Positions 1 through 7,361 of a stretch of 64,000 nt of DNA are shown here, one piece after another (position 1 is the first letter of the stretch; each line of letters opens with the position of its first letter). The stretch is from assembly GCA_046570105.1 (NCBI GenBank), contig JBKHVI010000001.1, positions 71,230 to 135,229 on the forward strand, written 5' to 3'. The DNA comes from Bacteriovoracia bacterium (GTDB lineage Bacteria; Bdellovibrionota; Bacteriovoracia; Bacteriovoracales; Bacteriovoracaceae). The notes under the pieces were generated by a model that saw nothing but the letters and a program-made list of their open reading frames with translations, was not told the DNA's origin and did no database searches. Both the position numbers and the translations under genes were made by a program.

Positions 1-832
1 GAATCCACTCATTCATATCGTAGTTCGAATCTTGGCCGTATTTCTTCTGATAAAGTGTGAGGGATTTATTCATCAACCCCCACTTCTGCTCACGATAGAG
101 ATTAATGGTTAACTGCATATGAGCTTCTTTAGGATCATCTAAGAGCTCACGATCTTTAATCTCATATAAAGAATCCGGAATCTTGCTCTCTAACAAAATA
201 TCACGCTCTAGGGCCGGCAAAAGAGCAGGATAGTCCCAGATAAAAGCAGCACCGTAGCGGAAGTCTCGATACTCAGGATTTAATTTTTTGGTAGCTGCTA
301 GTGGAACAGGCACAACTTCAATTAAAGAGTTCTTAGGTGATTTTAGAGCGAGTGGAATTGATTTCTTCGTAGCGACAGGCTTTTTTTCTTCAACCGGCAA
401 CGGAAGAGGCTTTTTAAATGATGCCGCTTTTGATGGAAGTGAGTCAGCGTTTACCCAAAAATCCATAATCCACTTACGGTCAACATCACGATAAAAACTA
501 AAAAGCTCAACTGAAGCATCTTTTAGTGTGACCACAACTCGTGCAGGTTTACTGGGAAAACCCTCTTGGCTGTAGGACACATTTTCAATATAGCCCTGAG
601 CTTTTTTCATTTTGACCATCTCGCCGGCCAATTGCTCAAACAAAGGAAGATTCAATGTCTCAAGAATGACTTGATTGTCATTCTTGGAAATACTGACCTG
701 CTCTTTCGAGACGATCAGATTCCAACGAAGATGAGTTTTGAATGTTTCTTGATTAAAAACGTCGGAATACGCCGTCGATGACCATGCGGTCAAAAGAAGA
801 ATAATCGTGAGCCATCTTGGCAGCGCGAACAT
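1..832 (-). CDS. hypothetical exported protein (partial; the C-terminal part lies left of the window)
   Basis: The reverse frame is open from nt 2 up to the ATG at 832-830; I checked it codon by codon and found no in-frame TTA/CTA/TCA on the + strand. The N-terminus MFALPRWLTIILLLTAWSSTAYS resembles a Sec signal peptide. It is missing from the ORF track only because it has no in-window stop. Confidence 0.55.
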   Translation of the reverse strand, partial: MFALPRWLTIILLLTAWSSTAYSDVFNQETFKTHLRWNLIVSKEQVSISKNDNQVILETLNLPLFEQLAGEMVKMKKAQGYIENVSYSQEGFPSKPARVVVTLKDASVELFSFYRDVDRKWIMDFWVNADSLPSKAASFKKPLPLPVEEKKPVATKKSIPLALKSPKNSLIEVVPVPLAATKKLNPEYRDFRYGAAFIWDYPALLPALERDILLESKIPDSLYEIKDRELLDDPKEAHMQLTINLYREQKWGLMNKSLTLYQKKYGQDSNYDMNEWI

Positions 833-1044
833 CTTAGTCATTAGTTCCTGTGGGGCGACCACCCATCCTAGGTGGAAACAACTCCCATGAGGCAATTTTA
901 TCCCATTTTTGATTTTGTGGTGGAAAAACTTACCTGCGGCAAAAATCTCCTGTCTAAAGATTGACATTGACCCCGTTCGCTTTCATTTACAAAGGTTTAT
1001 CACTCCTTTTAAATTGTAGTTTGAGTTGTGAGAAGGATTCCCGC

Positions 1045-1539
1045 ATGTGCCGGCATGGCCGACAATTTCTCTTTGTTTTTATTCTGCTTTTAGCAGGATG
1101 CTCTTCGCTTGTTCCCAAAAAAGCTCCACCGGTAAAAGACAAAAATCTTCACATCGTTTTTCCTAATGATGACTGGGGAATGATTGATGCTCGAACAAGC
1201 GATCATGCGTGGTCACACAAAAAACGTGGCGATGTCATCGTGCTAAATTCTTTTTGTGGCGAATTTCAATCGCTCCCCCTTGAGTCTTTGGCACTCAAAA
1301 CTTTTCAAACATACCCAGGCTTTCAACCACTCGGAAAAAGAACTATCGATTGGTTTGAGCGTGAAGCCTTTGAAATGGAAGCTGAAGCACTGGTGGATGG
1401 AGTCAAAGTCCTCATTTATATGCGCAATTATCGGCGTAATCACTGCTACTATGACTTCGTCCTTATTACTCCACGCCAACGTGACCCGCAGACCTACCAG
1501 GCCTTCCGCGAACTCTTAAATGGCGTAAGGTTTAAATGA
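1045..1539 (+). CDS. lipoprotein of unknown function, first gene of the mla operon
   Basis: Within ORF 961..1539, the internal ATG at 1045 gives MCRHGRQFLFVFILLLAGCSS, a signal peptide plus lipobox LLAGC. Its stop overlaps the mlaE start (ATGA). Confidence 0.6.
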   Translation: MCRHGRQFLFVFILLLAGCSSLVPKKAPPVKDKNLHIVFPNDDWGMIDARTSDHAWSHKKRGDVIVLNSFCGEFQSLPLESLALKTFQTYPGFQPLGKRTIDWFEREAFEMEAEALVDGVKVLIYMRNYRRNHCYYDFVLITPRQRDPQTYQAFRELLNGVRFK

Positions 1540-2297
1540 TCACCAAAGCTAAAGATAATTTAGAATTTGTCGGCGAGATGATTGAACTCATCTGGCAAAC
1601 GACCAAGGCCATCTTTAGCCGCCCCTTCTACTGGCATCGCCTGAACGAACAGATCATTGAACTGGGCTCTCGCTCACTTTCAATTACTCTCGTGATCGGC
1701 TTTGTGATGGGTCTGGTGATGACTCTGCAATTTGGATACGGACTCGCTAAGTTTGGCGGGACACTTTATGTGCCGGCGATTGTTTCTCTCTCACTTATCC
1801 GTGAGATGGCGCCAATTTTTACATCACTTCTTGTGGCAGGACGAATCGGTTCAGGTATTGCTGCTGAGATTGGTGCTATGAATGTGACTCAACAAATTGA
1901 TGCCATCCGCGCGCTGGGCACTTCACCTATTCGTGTTTTAGTCGTGCCAAGAGTGGTGGCAGGAATCGTGACTCTGCCTCTACTAGGAATCCTCGCCACT
2001 TTCATGGGAATCATCGGCGGCATGATTATCGCACGCACAGAATTTGATATGGCCTTTGGTTTTTATATCAACAAAGTTCTTGCGACGATTCGTCTCCACG
2101 ATGTCTTTAGCTGCTACATCAAGTGCGCCTTCTTCTCGGTAGTCATTACTCTGCTTGCTTGCTGGCGCGGTTTTCAAACCAAGGAAGGTACACGTGGCGT
2201 TGGTGAAGCGGCCACGTGGGTCGTGGTGCGTTCATCCATAGTGATTCTTATCTCTGACTTCTTTTTGAGCAAGGTACTTATCTTGCTCTTTGATTGA
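1536..2297 (+). CDS. mlaE: MlaE-family ABC transporter permease
   Basis: The 253-aa multi-TM protein has the typical MlaE/YrbE pattern (ITLVIGFVMGLVMTLQ, REMAPIFTSLLVAGRIGSGIAAEIG, IDAIRALGTSPI). It is followed by the matching ATPase and MCE genes. Confidence 0.85.
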   Translation: MITKAKDNLEFVGEMIELIWQTTKAIFSRPFYWHRLNEQIIELGSRSLSITLVIGFVMGLVMTLQFGYGLAKFGGTLYVPAIVSLSLIREMAPIFTSLLVAGRIGSGIAAEIGAMNVTQQIDAIRALGTSPIRVLVVPRVVAGIVTLPLLGILATFMGIIGGMIIARTEFDMAFGFYINKVLATIRLHDVFSCYIKCAFFSVVITLLACWRGFQTKEGTRGVGEAATWVVVRSSIVILISDFFLSKVLILLFD

Positions 2298-2305
2298 GGC
2301 CAGCC

Positions 2306-3034
2306 ATGCAACAAATTTTACAAGTCAAAGACCTCAAAAAAAGTTTTGGCAGCAAGTCTGTCCACAACGGAGTTAATTTCGTCCTTCACAAAGGTGAAAC
2401 AGTTGGGCTATTGGGCAACTCGGGCACAGGTAAAAGTGTTCTCTTGCGATGCTTGATCGGACTTGAAACGATGGATGATGGTGAAGTCTGGTTTGAAAAA
2501 AAGCGCATTGATCTTCTTAATGAGGCACAGATTCTTAAAATCAGAACACGCATATCCTATGCCTTTCAAAGTGGCGCTCTCTTTGACTCACTCAGTGTCT
2601 ATGACAATATCGCCTACCCTGTTCGTGAACATTTAAAAATGAATGAGACGGAAGAGTCTCATAAGGTACATGAAATGCTTCGGCTCGTGCGTCTTGATGA
2701 ATCAGCGAAACTTTTTCCGTCAGATCTCTCAGGTGGTATGCAAAAGCGCGCAGGCCTTGCCCGCGCCATGGTGCTTTCGCCTGATATTATTCTTTATGAT
2801 GAACCAACAGCGGGTCTTGATCCCGATAACGTAGAAAACGTACTAGAGATCATGCGCACTTTTAAAAGTCGCGGAGTCGCAGGCATTTTTGTGACTCATG
2901 ATATTCCAGCTGCCAAAAAAGTTTGTGATCGCTTGTTAATTATAGATCATGGGCAAATTGCCTTCAGTGGATCAATTACAGAATTTGAAAATAGCACTAA
3001 CCCATTTGTTAAACGCTTCCATACCACGGACTAA
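2306..3034 (+). CDS. mlaF: MlaF-type ABC transporter ATP-binding protein
   Basis: Walker A GNSGTGKS, signature LSGGMQKR and Walker B ILYDEPTAGLD are present. The ATG at 2306 has GAGG 6 nt upstream; the TTG at 2294 is the track start. Confidence 0.85.
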   Translation: MQQILQVKDLKKSFGSKSVHNGVNFVLHKGETVGLLGNSGTGKSVLLRCLIGLETMDDGEVWFEKKRIDLLNEAQILKIRTRISYAFQSGALFDSLSVYDNIAYPVREHLKMNETEESHKVHEMLRLVRLDESAKLFPSDLSGGMQKRAGLARAMVLSPDIILYDEPTAGLDPDNVENVLEIMRTFKSRGVAGIFVTHDIPAAKKVCDRLLIIDHGQIAFSGSITEFENSTNPFVKRFHTTD

Positions 3035-3043
3035 GAGGATTTT

Positions 3044-3838
3044 ATGCGCGCACAAGACAGATCAAATCTCGTTAAGGTCGGCATCTTTGTTACATCCTTA
3101 ACTATCGTGCTAGCGATCATGATTACCGCCATCGGGAAAGAGTCCTCGATGTTTAGTCCTAAGGCGATCATCAAAGCGCGCGTAATCAACGCAGAAAATC
3201 TCAAAGTCGGCTCTACCGTTGAGCTAAGAGGTCTTCGTATCGGCCATGTGGAAGAAATTAGAATTGTGGGCTACCAGTCTGTAGAAATTCTCATCAATAT
3301 CATCGCTGAAAACTTGCGCTGGATTCGTAAAGACAGCAAAGTCGCTATCAGCAATGCTGGTTTGGTGGGTGACAAGTATCTTGAGATTCAGGGAGGCACT
3401 GAGGAAGGCGGAGACTTTAACCCCGAGTCTGATGTACTGCTGTCAGAGCCTAGCCTCGACTTCAAAGCTATTGCCACTAAAGGTGGCAACATTGCAGACA
3501 AAGCAGATCGCGTCCTCGACAAATTAGAATTGATGTTAGTAGCGATAGATGCCAAGAAACTTGCCGTGACCGTCGATGGACTCGCTAAGACTGCCGACAA
3601 TCTTGGAAAAGCTACTGGCCCTTTAGTTGCAACTTCTAAAAAGCTCGAAAGTGCTTCAGAGCGCTTTGATGCTGTCATGACTCGTGTGCAGAAAGGCCCC
3701 GGCACCGCTCACTCGCTCGTTTATGACGATGGTCTTTACGAAGATCTGCGCAAACTGATGGGCGGTGCTGAACGCAACTCCATTATCAAGTACTTCATCC
3801 GCGAATCAATTAAGAAGGCCCCGCCCAAAGAAGACTAA
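3044..3838 (+). CDS. mlaD: MlaD/MCE-family substrate-binding protein
   Basis: It has an N-terminal TM anchor, then an MCE-like fold signature (VGSTVELRGLRIGHVEEI, AGLVGDKYLEI). It is the third gene of the mlaEFD arrangement. Confidence 0.8.
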   Translation: MRAQDRSNLVKVGIFVTSLTIVLAIMITAIGKESSMFSPKAIIKARVINAENLKVGSTVELRGLRIGHVEEIRIVGYQSVEILINIIAENLRWIRKDSKVAISNAGLVGDKYLEIQGGTEEGGDFNPESDVLLSEPSLDFKAIATKGGNIADKADRVLDKLELMLVAIDAKKLAVTVDGLAKTADNLGKATGPLVATSKKLESASERFDAVMTRVQKGPGTAHSLVYDDGLYEDLRKLMGGAERNSIIKYFIRESIKKAPPKED

Positions 3839-3860
3839 AAGGTGTCACTCACCTTTTGGC
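3837..3860. repeat. REP-like palindromic element, copy 1 (AAAAGGTG-TCACT-CACCTTTT GGC)
   Basis: This 24-nt string is identical to 54226-54249. It has an 8-bp stem and 5-nt loop and starts inside the mlaD stop codon. Confidence 0.55.
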
Positions 3861-3868
3861 GCAAGCAT

Positions 3869-4168
3869 CTACTTATCAAGAAGAAACTTCAAATATCCAA
3901 GTGATATCGACATCGAAGTGAGCGTCATGGTGAGCATCATGGCCCCTAGCTTGAGAGTTAGTCGAGTTTCGAGGTGATTCATTTTTTCATCGATTAATCG
4001 GACGTGCTGGTCAAAACGATCGTTCCATCTATCATCGAGAGATTTGAAATCGTCCTTAGTCGCCAAATTTTGAATTGAGTCGGACATAAGATTCACCGTC
4101 TCCTCAGCTTGCTTTCGAGTAAAACCCACCATCTCAAGTCTCTTAGTATACTTCAAATCACTGTACAT
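3869..4168 (-). CDS. small coiled-coil protein with C-terminal TM helix (DUF1640-like)
   Basis: The 99-aa protein has a TKDDFKSLDDR..HLETRL coiled-coil followed by a hydrophobic tail GAMMLTMTLTSMSISLGYL. The family assignment is by pattern recognition only. Confidence 0.5.
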   Translation of the reverse strand: MYSDLKYTKRLEMVGFTRKQAEETVNLMSDSIQNLATKDDFKSLDDRWNDRFDQHVRLIDEKMNHLETRLTLKLGAMMLTMTLTSMSISLGYLKFLLDK

Positions 4169-4294
4169 TTGTTACCTCCTGTTTTGGACAAGAGTGTGCA
4201 AGTGATTCGCCACTTTGCTTTTCATCTAACTTCGCAATTTAATTATTAGCTTCAGAGTATCGCGAGAAAAAAAGTCTCTCGTTAGAAGAAAAAA

Positions 4295-4975
4295 TTACTC
4301 GCCTCTTTCTTGTACTAACCCCGACGAACCGAGCCACTGAAAGAAGGCAGCAACGGCTTCTTGATCTTCGGGTGCATGTTCCAACGCAAGCCCGAGGCCA
4401 AAAGGTAGCGCCTTTAAAACATCTTCTTCCCAACGTGTGAGTCGACGAAAATGCAACCCCGACTCTTTCATCCAAAAAAGGATTCTTTGCGAAGCATGGT
4501 CACCAATTTCTTGTGTTTGATAAAGCTCCATCACTGGATATGAAAATTCCTGGATATCTAACGGGGCCAACACTAACTTCGTTTCTTCATCCATAGAAGG
4601 CAATGGCAGCACTTTGAGTCGTTCATGCGTCCAAGGATGAATCTCCATCGCCCATTCAAAGCGCGCGAGCTCGCACGTTGCCAAATCCTTTTCATTGCCC
4701 ATTATGAATTGCAAAAAAACTTCACCGAAAAAATCCAACGAGCGTGGTGAGTGAGGTTTAGATTCCCAGAAACTTGTCCATAAACTCTCCCACTTCTCCC
4801 CCATATGAATCTTGGTTTGGGGAAAAGTCTCTTCAATGGCTTCTCTAATTTTTGATTGGTGCTGATAGCGATAATGCTCAAGCGCAATCTGTGCACTGGC
4901 ACTCTTGGCCCCGATTAAATCAAGCGTTGGGTTCTCGCCTTTCATCCCGAGTTTAAATTGCTCAAACCAATTCAT
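4295..4975 (-). CDS. DUF2063-family RiPP maturase partner (BufC/HvfC/MbnC-like)
   Basis: The 226-aa protein has a DUF2063-like N-terminus (LEHYRYQHQSKIREAIEETFPQT, PRSLDFFGEVFLQF). Its ATG overlaps the stop of the upstream DUF692 gene (ATGA). Confidence 0.75.
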   Translation of the reverse strand: MNWFEQFKLGMKGENPTLDLIGAKSASAQIALEHYRYQHQSKIREAIEETFPQTKIHMGEKWESLWTSFWESKPHSPRSLDFFGEVFLQFIMGNEKDLATCELARFEWAMEIHPWTHERLKVLPLPSMDEETKLVLAPLDIQEFSYPVMELYQTQEIGDHASQRILFWMKESGLHFRRLTRWEEDVLKALPFGLGLALEHAPEDQEAVAAFFQWLGSSGLVQERGE

Positions 4976-5766
4976 ACCGACCTCTGCAGTTTCAGTGCTT
5001 GATCAAGAATGGGTTTGACTTCATCGAAGTTGGGAATATCCGCATCCCACTCAATCATAAAGGGAATATCGTTTCTGCGCTTACAAGCCTCAGACCACAA
5101 CTGCCAGGTTTTCTCATGAGGCGGCTTAGAATGGGTATCAATGACAAAATGCTCGCCTTCGCTGAAACCAGCTAAATGCACTTGGGCCACTTTAGTGAGA
5201 TTAAGATGATTAAGCTCTTGAATGGGATCAATACCAAAGTTAATGGCATTGACGATCATATTATTCACATCGAGTAGAATCTGGCAGTCAGTGCGCCGAC
5301 AGAGTTCTGCTAGAAATACATATTCAGTCATTTCATTTTTATTTGTTGTTATATAAGCGGAAAGATTCTCTAAGATAAGCGGACGCTTGAGTGTGTCCTG
5401 CCACTTGAGAACCTTCTTAGTAATTAATTTGAGATTTTCTTCTGTATAGGGAAACGGCAATAGGTCATGCCAATGATGACCGCCAAGAGAGGACCAGCAG
5501 AGATGATCCGAAATACGTTCTGGTTGAAATTCATCTGCAAAAACTTTGAGTTCTTGCAGATATTTTTTGTCATGTTCTTCAGGTGCTGCCAGTGAGAGCG
5601 AAACTCCGTGAAATGAGAGCTCGTAATTCTCGCGCAGCTTACGCAGTGTTTGGCGACGAGTGCCTTTATCCCAAAGATAATTTTCGGTGATAATCTCAAG
5701 CCACCCGATCTCCGCGTGGCCTTCAATTAAGGCATCAAAAAATGGGGCCCGGAAACCGAGCCCCAT
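4972..5766 (-). CDS. MNIO (multinuclear non-heme iron oxidative enzyme, DUF692/UPF0276; MbnB/BufB/HvfB-like)
   Basis: Characteristic DUF692 motifs are present: GLGFRAPF, FHGVSLSLA, ISDHLCW, LILENLSAY, LLDVNNMIVNAINFG, QVHLAGF, VIDTHSKP. I chose the start at ATG 5766, 7 nt after the precursor stop. The track N-terminal extension to 6000 overlaps the precursor gene in another frame. Confidence 0.85.
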   Translation of the reverse strand: MGLGFRAPFFDALIEGHAEIGWLEIITENYLWDKGTRRQTLRKLRENYELSFHGVSLSLAAPEEHDKKYLQELKVFADEFQPERISDHLCWSSLGGHHWHDLLPFPYTEENLKLITKKVLKWQDTLKRPLILENLSAYITTNKNEMTEYVFLAELCRRTDCQILLDVNNMIVNAINFGIDPIQELNHLNLTKVAQVHLAGFSEGEHFVIDTHSKPPHEKTWQLWSEACKRRNDIPFMIEWDADIPNFDEVKPILDQALKLQRSV

Positions 5767-5773
5767 GGTTTTA

Positions 5774-6034
5774 CTAGCCGCAGCCATTAGCGCCGCAACC
5801 GTTCTTTTCTTCTTTACCGTCTTTCTTCTTACCTTCAGCAGTTTTGCAAGCATTCTTGCCGTCTTTTGACTTGCACGAGTGCTTACCATCTTTTGATTTG
5901 CAAGAGTTCTTGCCTTGGCAACCAGCTTTCCCTTCTTCTGTTTTCTTTTCGTCATGGTTATGTGCCAAAGCACCCTGACTTCCCAAAAGCATTCCCGCAA
6001 CTGCCACTGACATTAACAACTTTGAATTTTTCAT
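5774..6034 (-). CDS. RiPP precursor peptide: Sec signal peptide plus Lys/Cys-rich core (bufferin/HvfA-like class)
   Basis: The 86-aa ORF has SD GGAGGGG 7 nt upstream and the signal MKNSKLLMSVAVAGMLLGSQGALA. The core HNHDEKK...GCGANGCG carries 6 Cys and an SCKSKDGK(H/N)xC tandem repeat. It lies immediately upstream of the MNIO gene. Confidence 0.75.
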   Translation of the reverse strand: MKNSKLLMSVAVAGMLLGSQGALAHNHDEKKTEEGKAGCQGKNSCKSKDGKHSCKSKDGKNACKTAEGKKKDGKEEKNGCGANGCG

Positions 6035-6053
6035 ATATATGCCCCTCCAGGCT

Positions 6054-6071
6054 TTGAGTCTTCTGACTCAA
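6054..6071. promoter_or_regulatory. perfect inverted repeat TTGAGTC-TTCT-GACTCAA in the divergent control region
   Basis: Seen directly. It lies 20 nt upstream of the precursor ATG and 39 nt upstream of the sigma-factor ATG. Confidence 0.4.
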
Positions 6072-6109
6072 TGGTTTTCAGTTGATGTTTCTCGTGCTCA
6101 AATTGTGAC

Positions 6110-6703
6110 ATGAAATTCATTGAAGACAGCACATTTCGCCAGGCCTTCCTCAACTCAGAGCCACAAGCAGTAAACGCCTTTGTTGAGCACTTTGTGACAG
6201 TCCTCAATAAAATAGGTTTCGCCCAGGGGCTAAGTCGTGAAGAAGCCGAGGATGCTGTACAAGAATGTTTCAGTGTGTTTTTTCGCAAGCTGCCAGAAAT
6301 ACACGACAACGTAAAACTCTCCACTTTCCTCTTTGGCATCCATCTCAATAGTGTACGTGAGGCCCGTCGTCGCAGAGGCAAAGTAGAGTCTCATGGTGAT
6401 CTCGCGGCCATTGAGCATCTCGTCTCTCAGCAATACGATGAAAAAGGACACTGGAAAACTGGAGTAGCACCTAAGCCTATTGATAAAGTGCTCGAAGACG
6501 AGGCCAATGCCAAACTGCAAGATTGTATCAAGGGACTTCCTGATAAGCACAAAGAAGCCATCTTTCTCACTTTAAGCGAAGACAGCGACGGCAAAGATCT
6601 CTGTCACATATTGGGTGTGAGTTACGCTAACTTTAGACAGCTCCTCACTCGCGCCCGACATGCTCTGCGCTTGTGCCTGGAAAATTATGTGGGAGAAGCG
6701 TAA
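6110..6703 (+). CDS. ECF-type RNA polymerase sigma-70 family factor
   Basis: The 197-aa protein has region-2-like (AEDAVQECFSVFFRKL) and region-4 HTH-like (ILGVSYANFRQLLTRARHALR) segments. It is followed by an overlapping anti-sigma gene. Confidence 0.8.
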   Translation: MKFIEDSTFRQAFLNSEPQAVNAFVEHFVTVLNKIGFAQGLSREEAEDAVQECFSVFFRKLPEIHDNVKLSTFLFGIHLNSVREARRRRGKVESHGDLAAIEHLVSQQYDEKGHWKTGVAPKPIDKVLEDEANAKLQDCIKGLPDKHKEAIFLTLSEDSDGKDLCHILGVSYANFRQLLTRARHALRLCLENYVGEA

Positions 6704-6933
6704 TGCTCACTTGCCGCCAAGTACCCGATGCGCTCGAGAAAGAACCTAAGACTCTCAAAGACAGAGTTCAATTACGTTTTCATTTATTCATCTGTGCGCG
6801 CTGCCGTGCCCTTGAAGCGCAATATAAGGCTCTCTCCAGTGGTCTTAAACGTCTCATCGACACCGCACCACCGGCCAATCCCGAATTGGTTAAAAAAGTG
6901 CTGGAAGATTTTAAAAATCAAAAGAAAGACTGA
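6703..6933 (+). CDS. zinc-binding anti-sigma factor (ZAS, HxxxCxxC), apparently soluble
   Basis: The ATG overlaps the sigma stop (TAATG). The sequence MLTCRQV...RFHLFICARCRALEAQ carries the H-x3-C-x2-C motif. No TM segment appears in the 76 aa. Confidence 0.6.
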   Translation: MLTCRQVPDALEKEPKTLKDRVQLRFHLFICARCRALEAQYKALSSGLKRLIDTAPPANPELVKKVLEDFKNQKKD

Positions 6934-6988
6934 TTTCAAGGCGTTGCGAATATTTCGATTAAACGCAACCCTGTGCTATAATCAATTC

Positions 6989-7360
6989 ATGTCAAAAAAG
7001 AAAAAATCCTCCAACTCCACATCCATTCCTCGCCAAGATCGTCTTGCATTGTTAGAAGCCCGCGTGAAAGCGATGACTAAAGAAATGCAAGCAATGCGGG
7101 AGAGAATGATGGAGATTGAACAACAGGCAAGTCTTGGTCACAACGTGATGCTGACCACCCAAGAAGCTGCTGAATATATCGGTAGCTCAAGACCTTATGT
7201 GATAAAGCTCATCGAGGAAGGCAAACTTCCTTGTGAAATGGTGGGCACGCATCGTCGCATAAGTATCGAGGCGCTTAATCGCTACAAAGAAGAGCGACGC
7301 GAACACAGGACAAAGGGTCTACTTGAATTACAAAAATTAGAGCAAGAACTCGGTATTTAG
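6989..7360 (+). CDS. excisionase-family helix-turn-helix DNA-binding protein (putative antitoxin)
   Basis: ATG 6989 lies just downstream of a perfect TATAAT (6977-6982). LTTQEAAEYIGSSRPYVIKLIEEGKLPCEMVGTHRRI matches the HTH_17/excisionase pattern. The stop is 1 nt before the PIN gene. Confidence 0.65.
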   Translation: MSKKKKSSNSTSIPRQDRLALLEARVKAMTKEMQAMRERMMEIEQQASLGHNVMLTTQEAAEYIGSSRPYVIKLIEEGKLPCEMVGTHRRISIEALNRYKEERREHRTKGLLELQKLEQELGI

Positions 7361-7361
7361 T

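Noticed and set aside
5767-6000. The N-terminal 78-aa extension of the DUF692 ORF as given in the ORF track (start 6000).
   Set aside because: It overlaps almost the whole precursor gene in another frame and is Lys/Arg-rich low-complexity. The DUF692 homology only begins at MGLGFRAPF. ATG 5766, 7 nt after the precursor stop, is the sensible start.
6728-6988. The long N-terminal extension of the HTH antitoxin ORF (track start 6728).
   Set aside because: It overlaps the anti-sigma gene in another frame. ATG 6989 is preceded by a TATAAT box, and the recognisable protein starts there.
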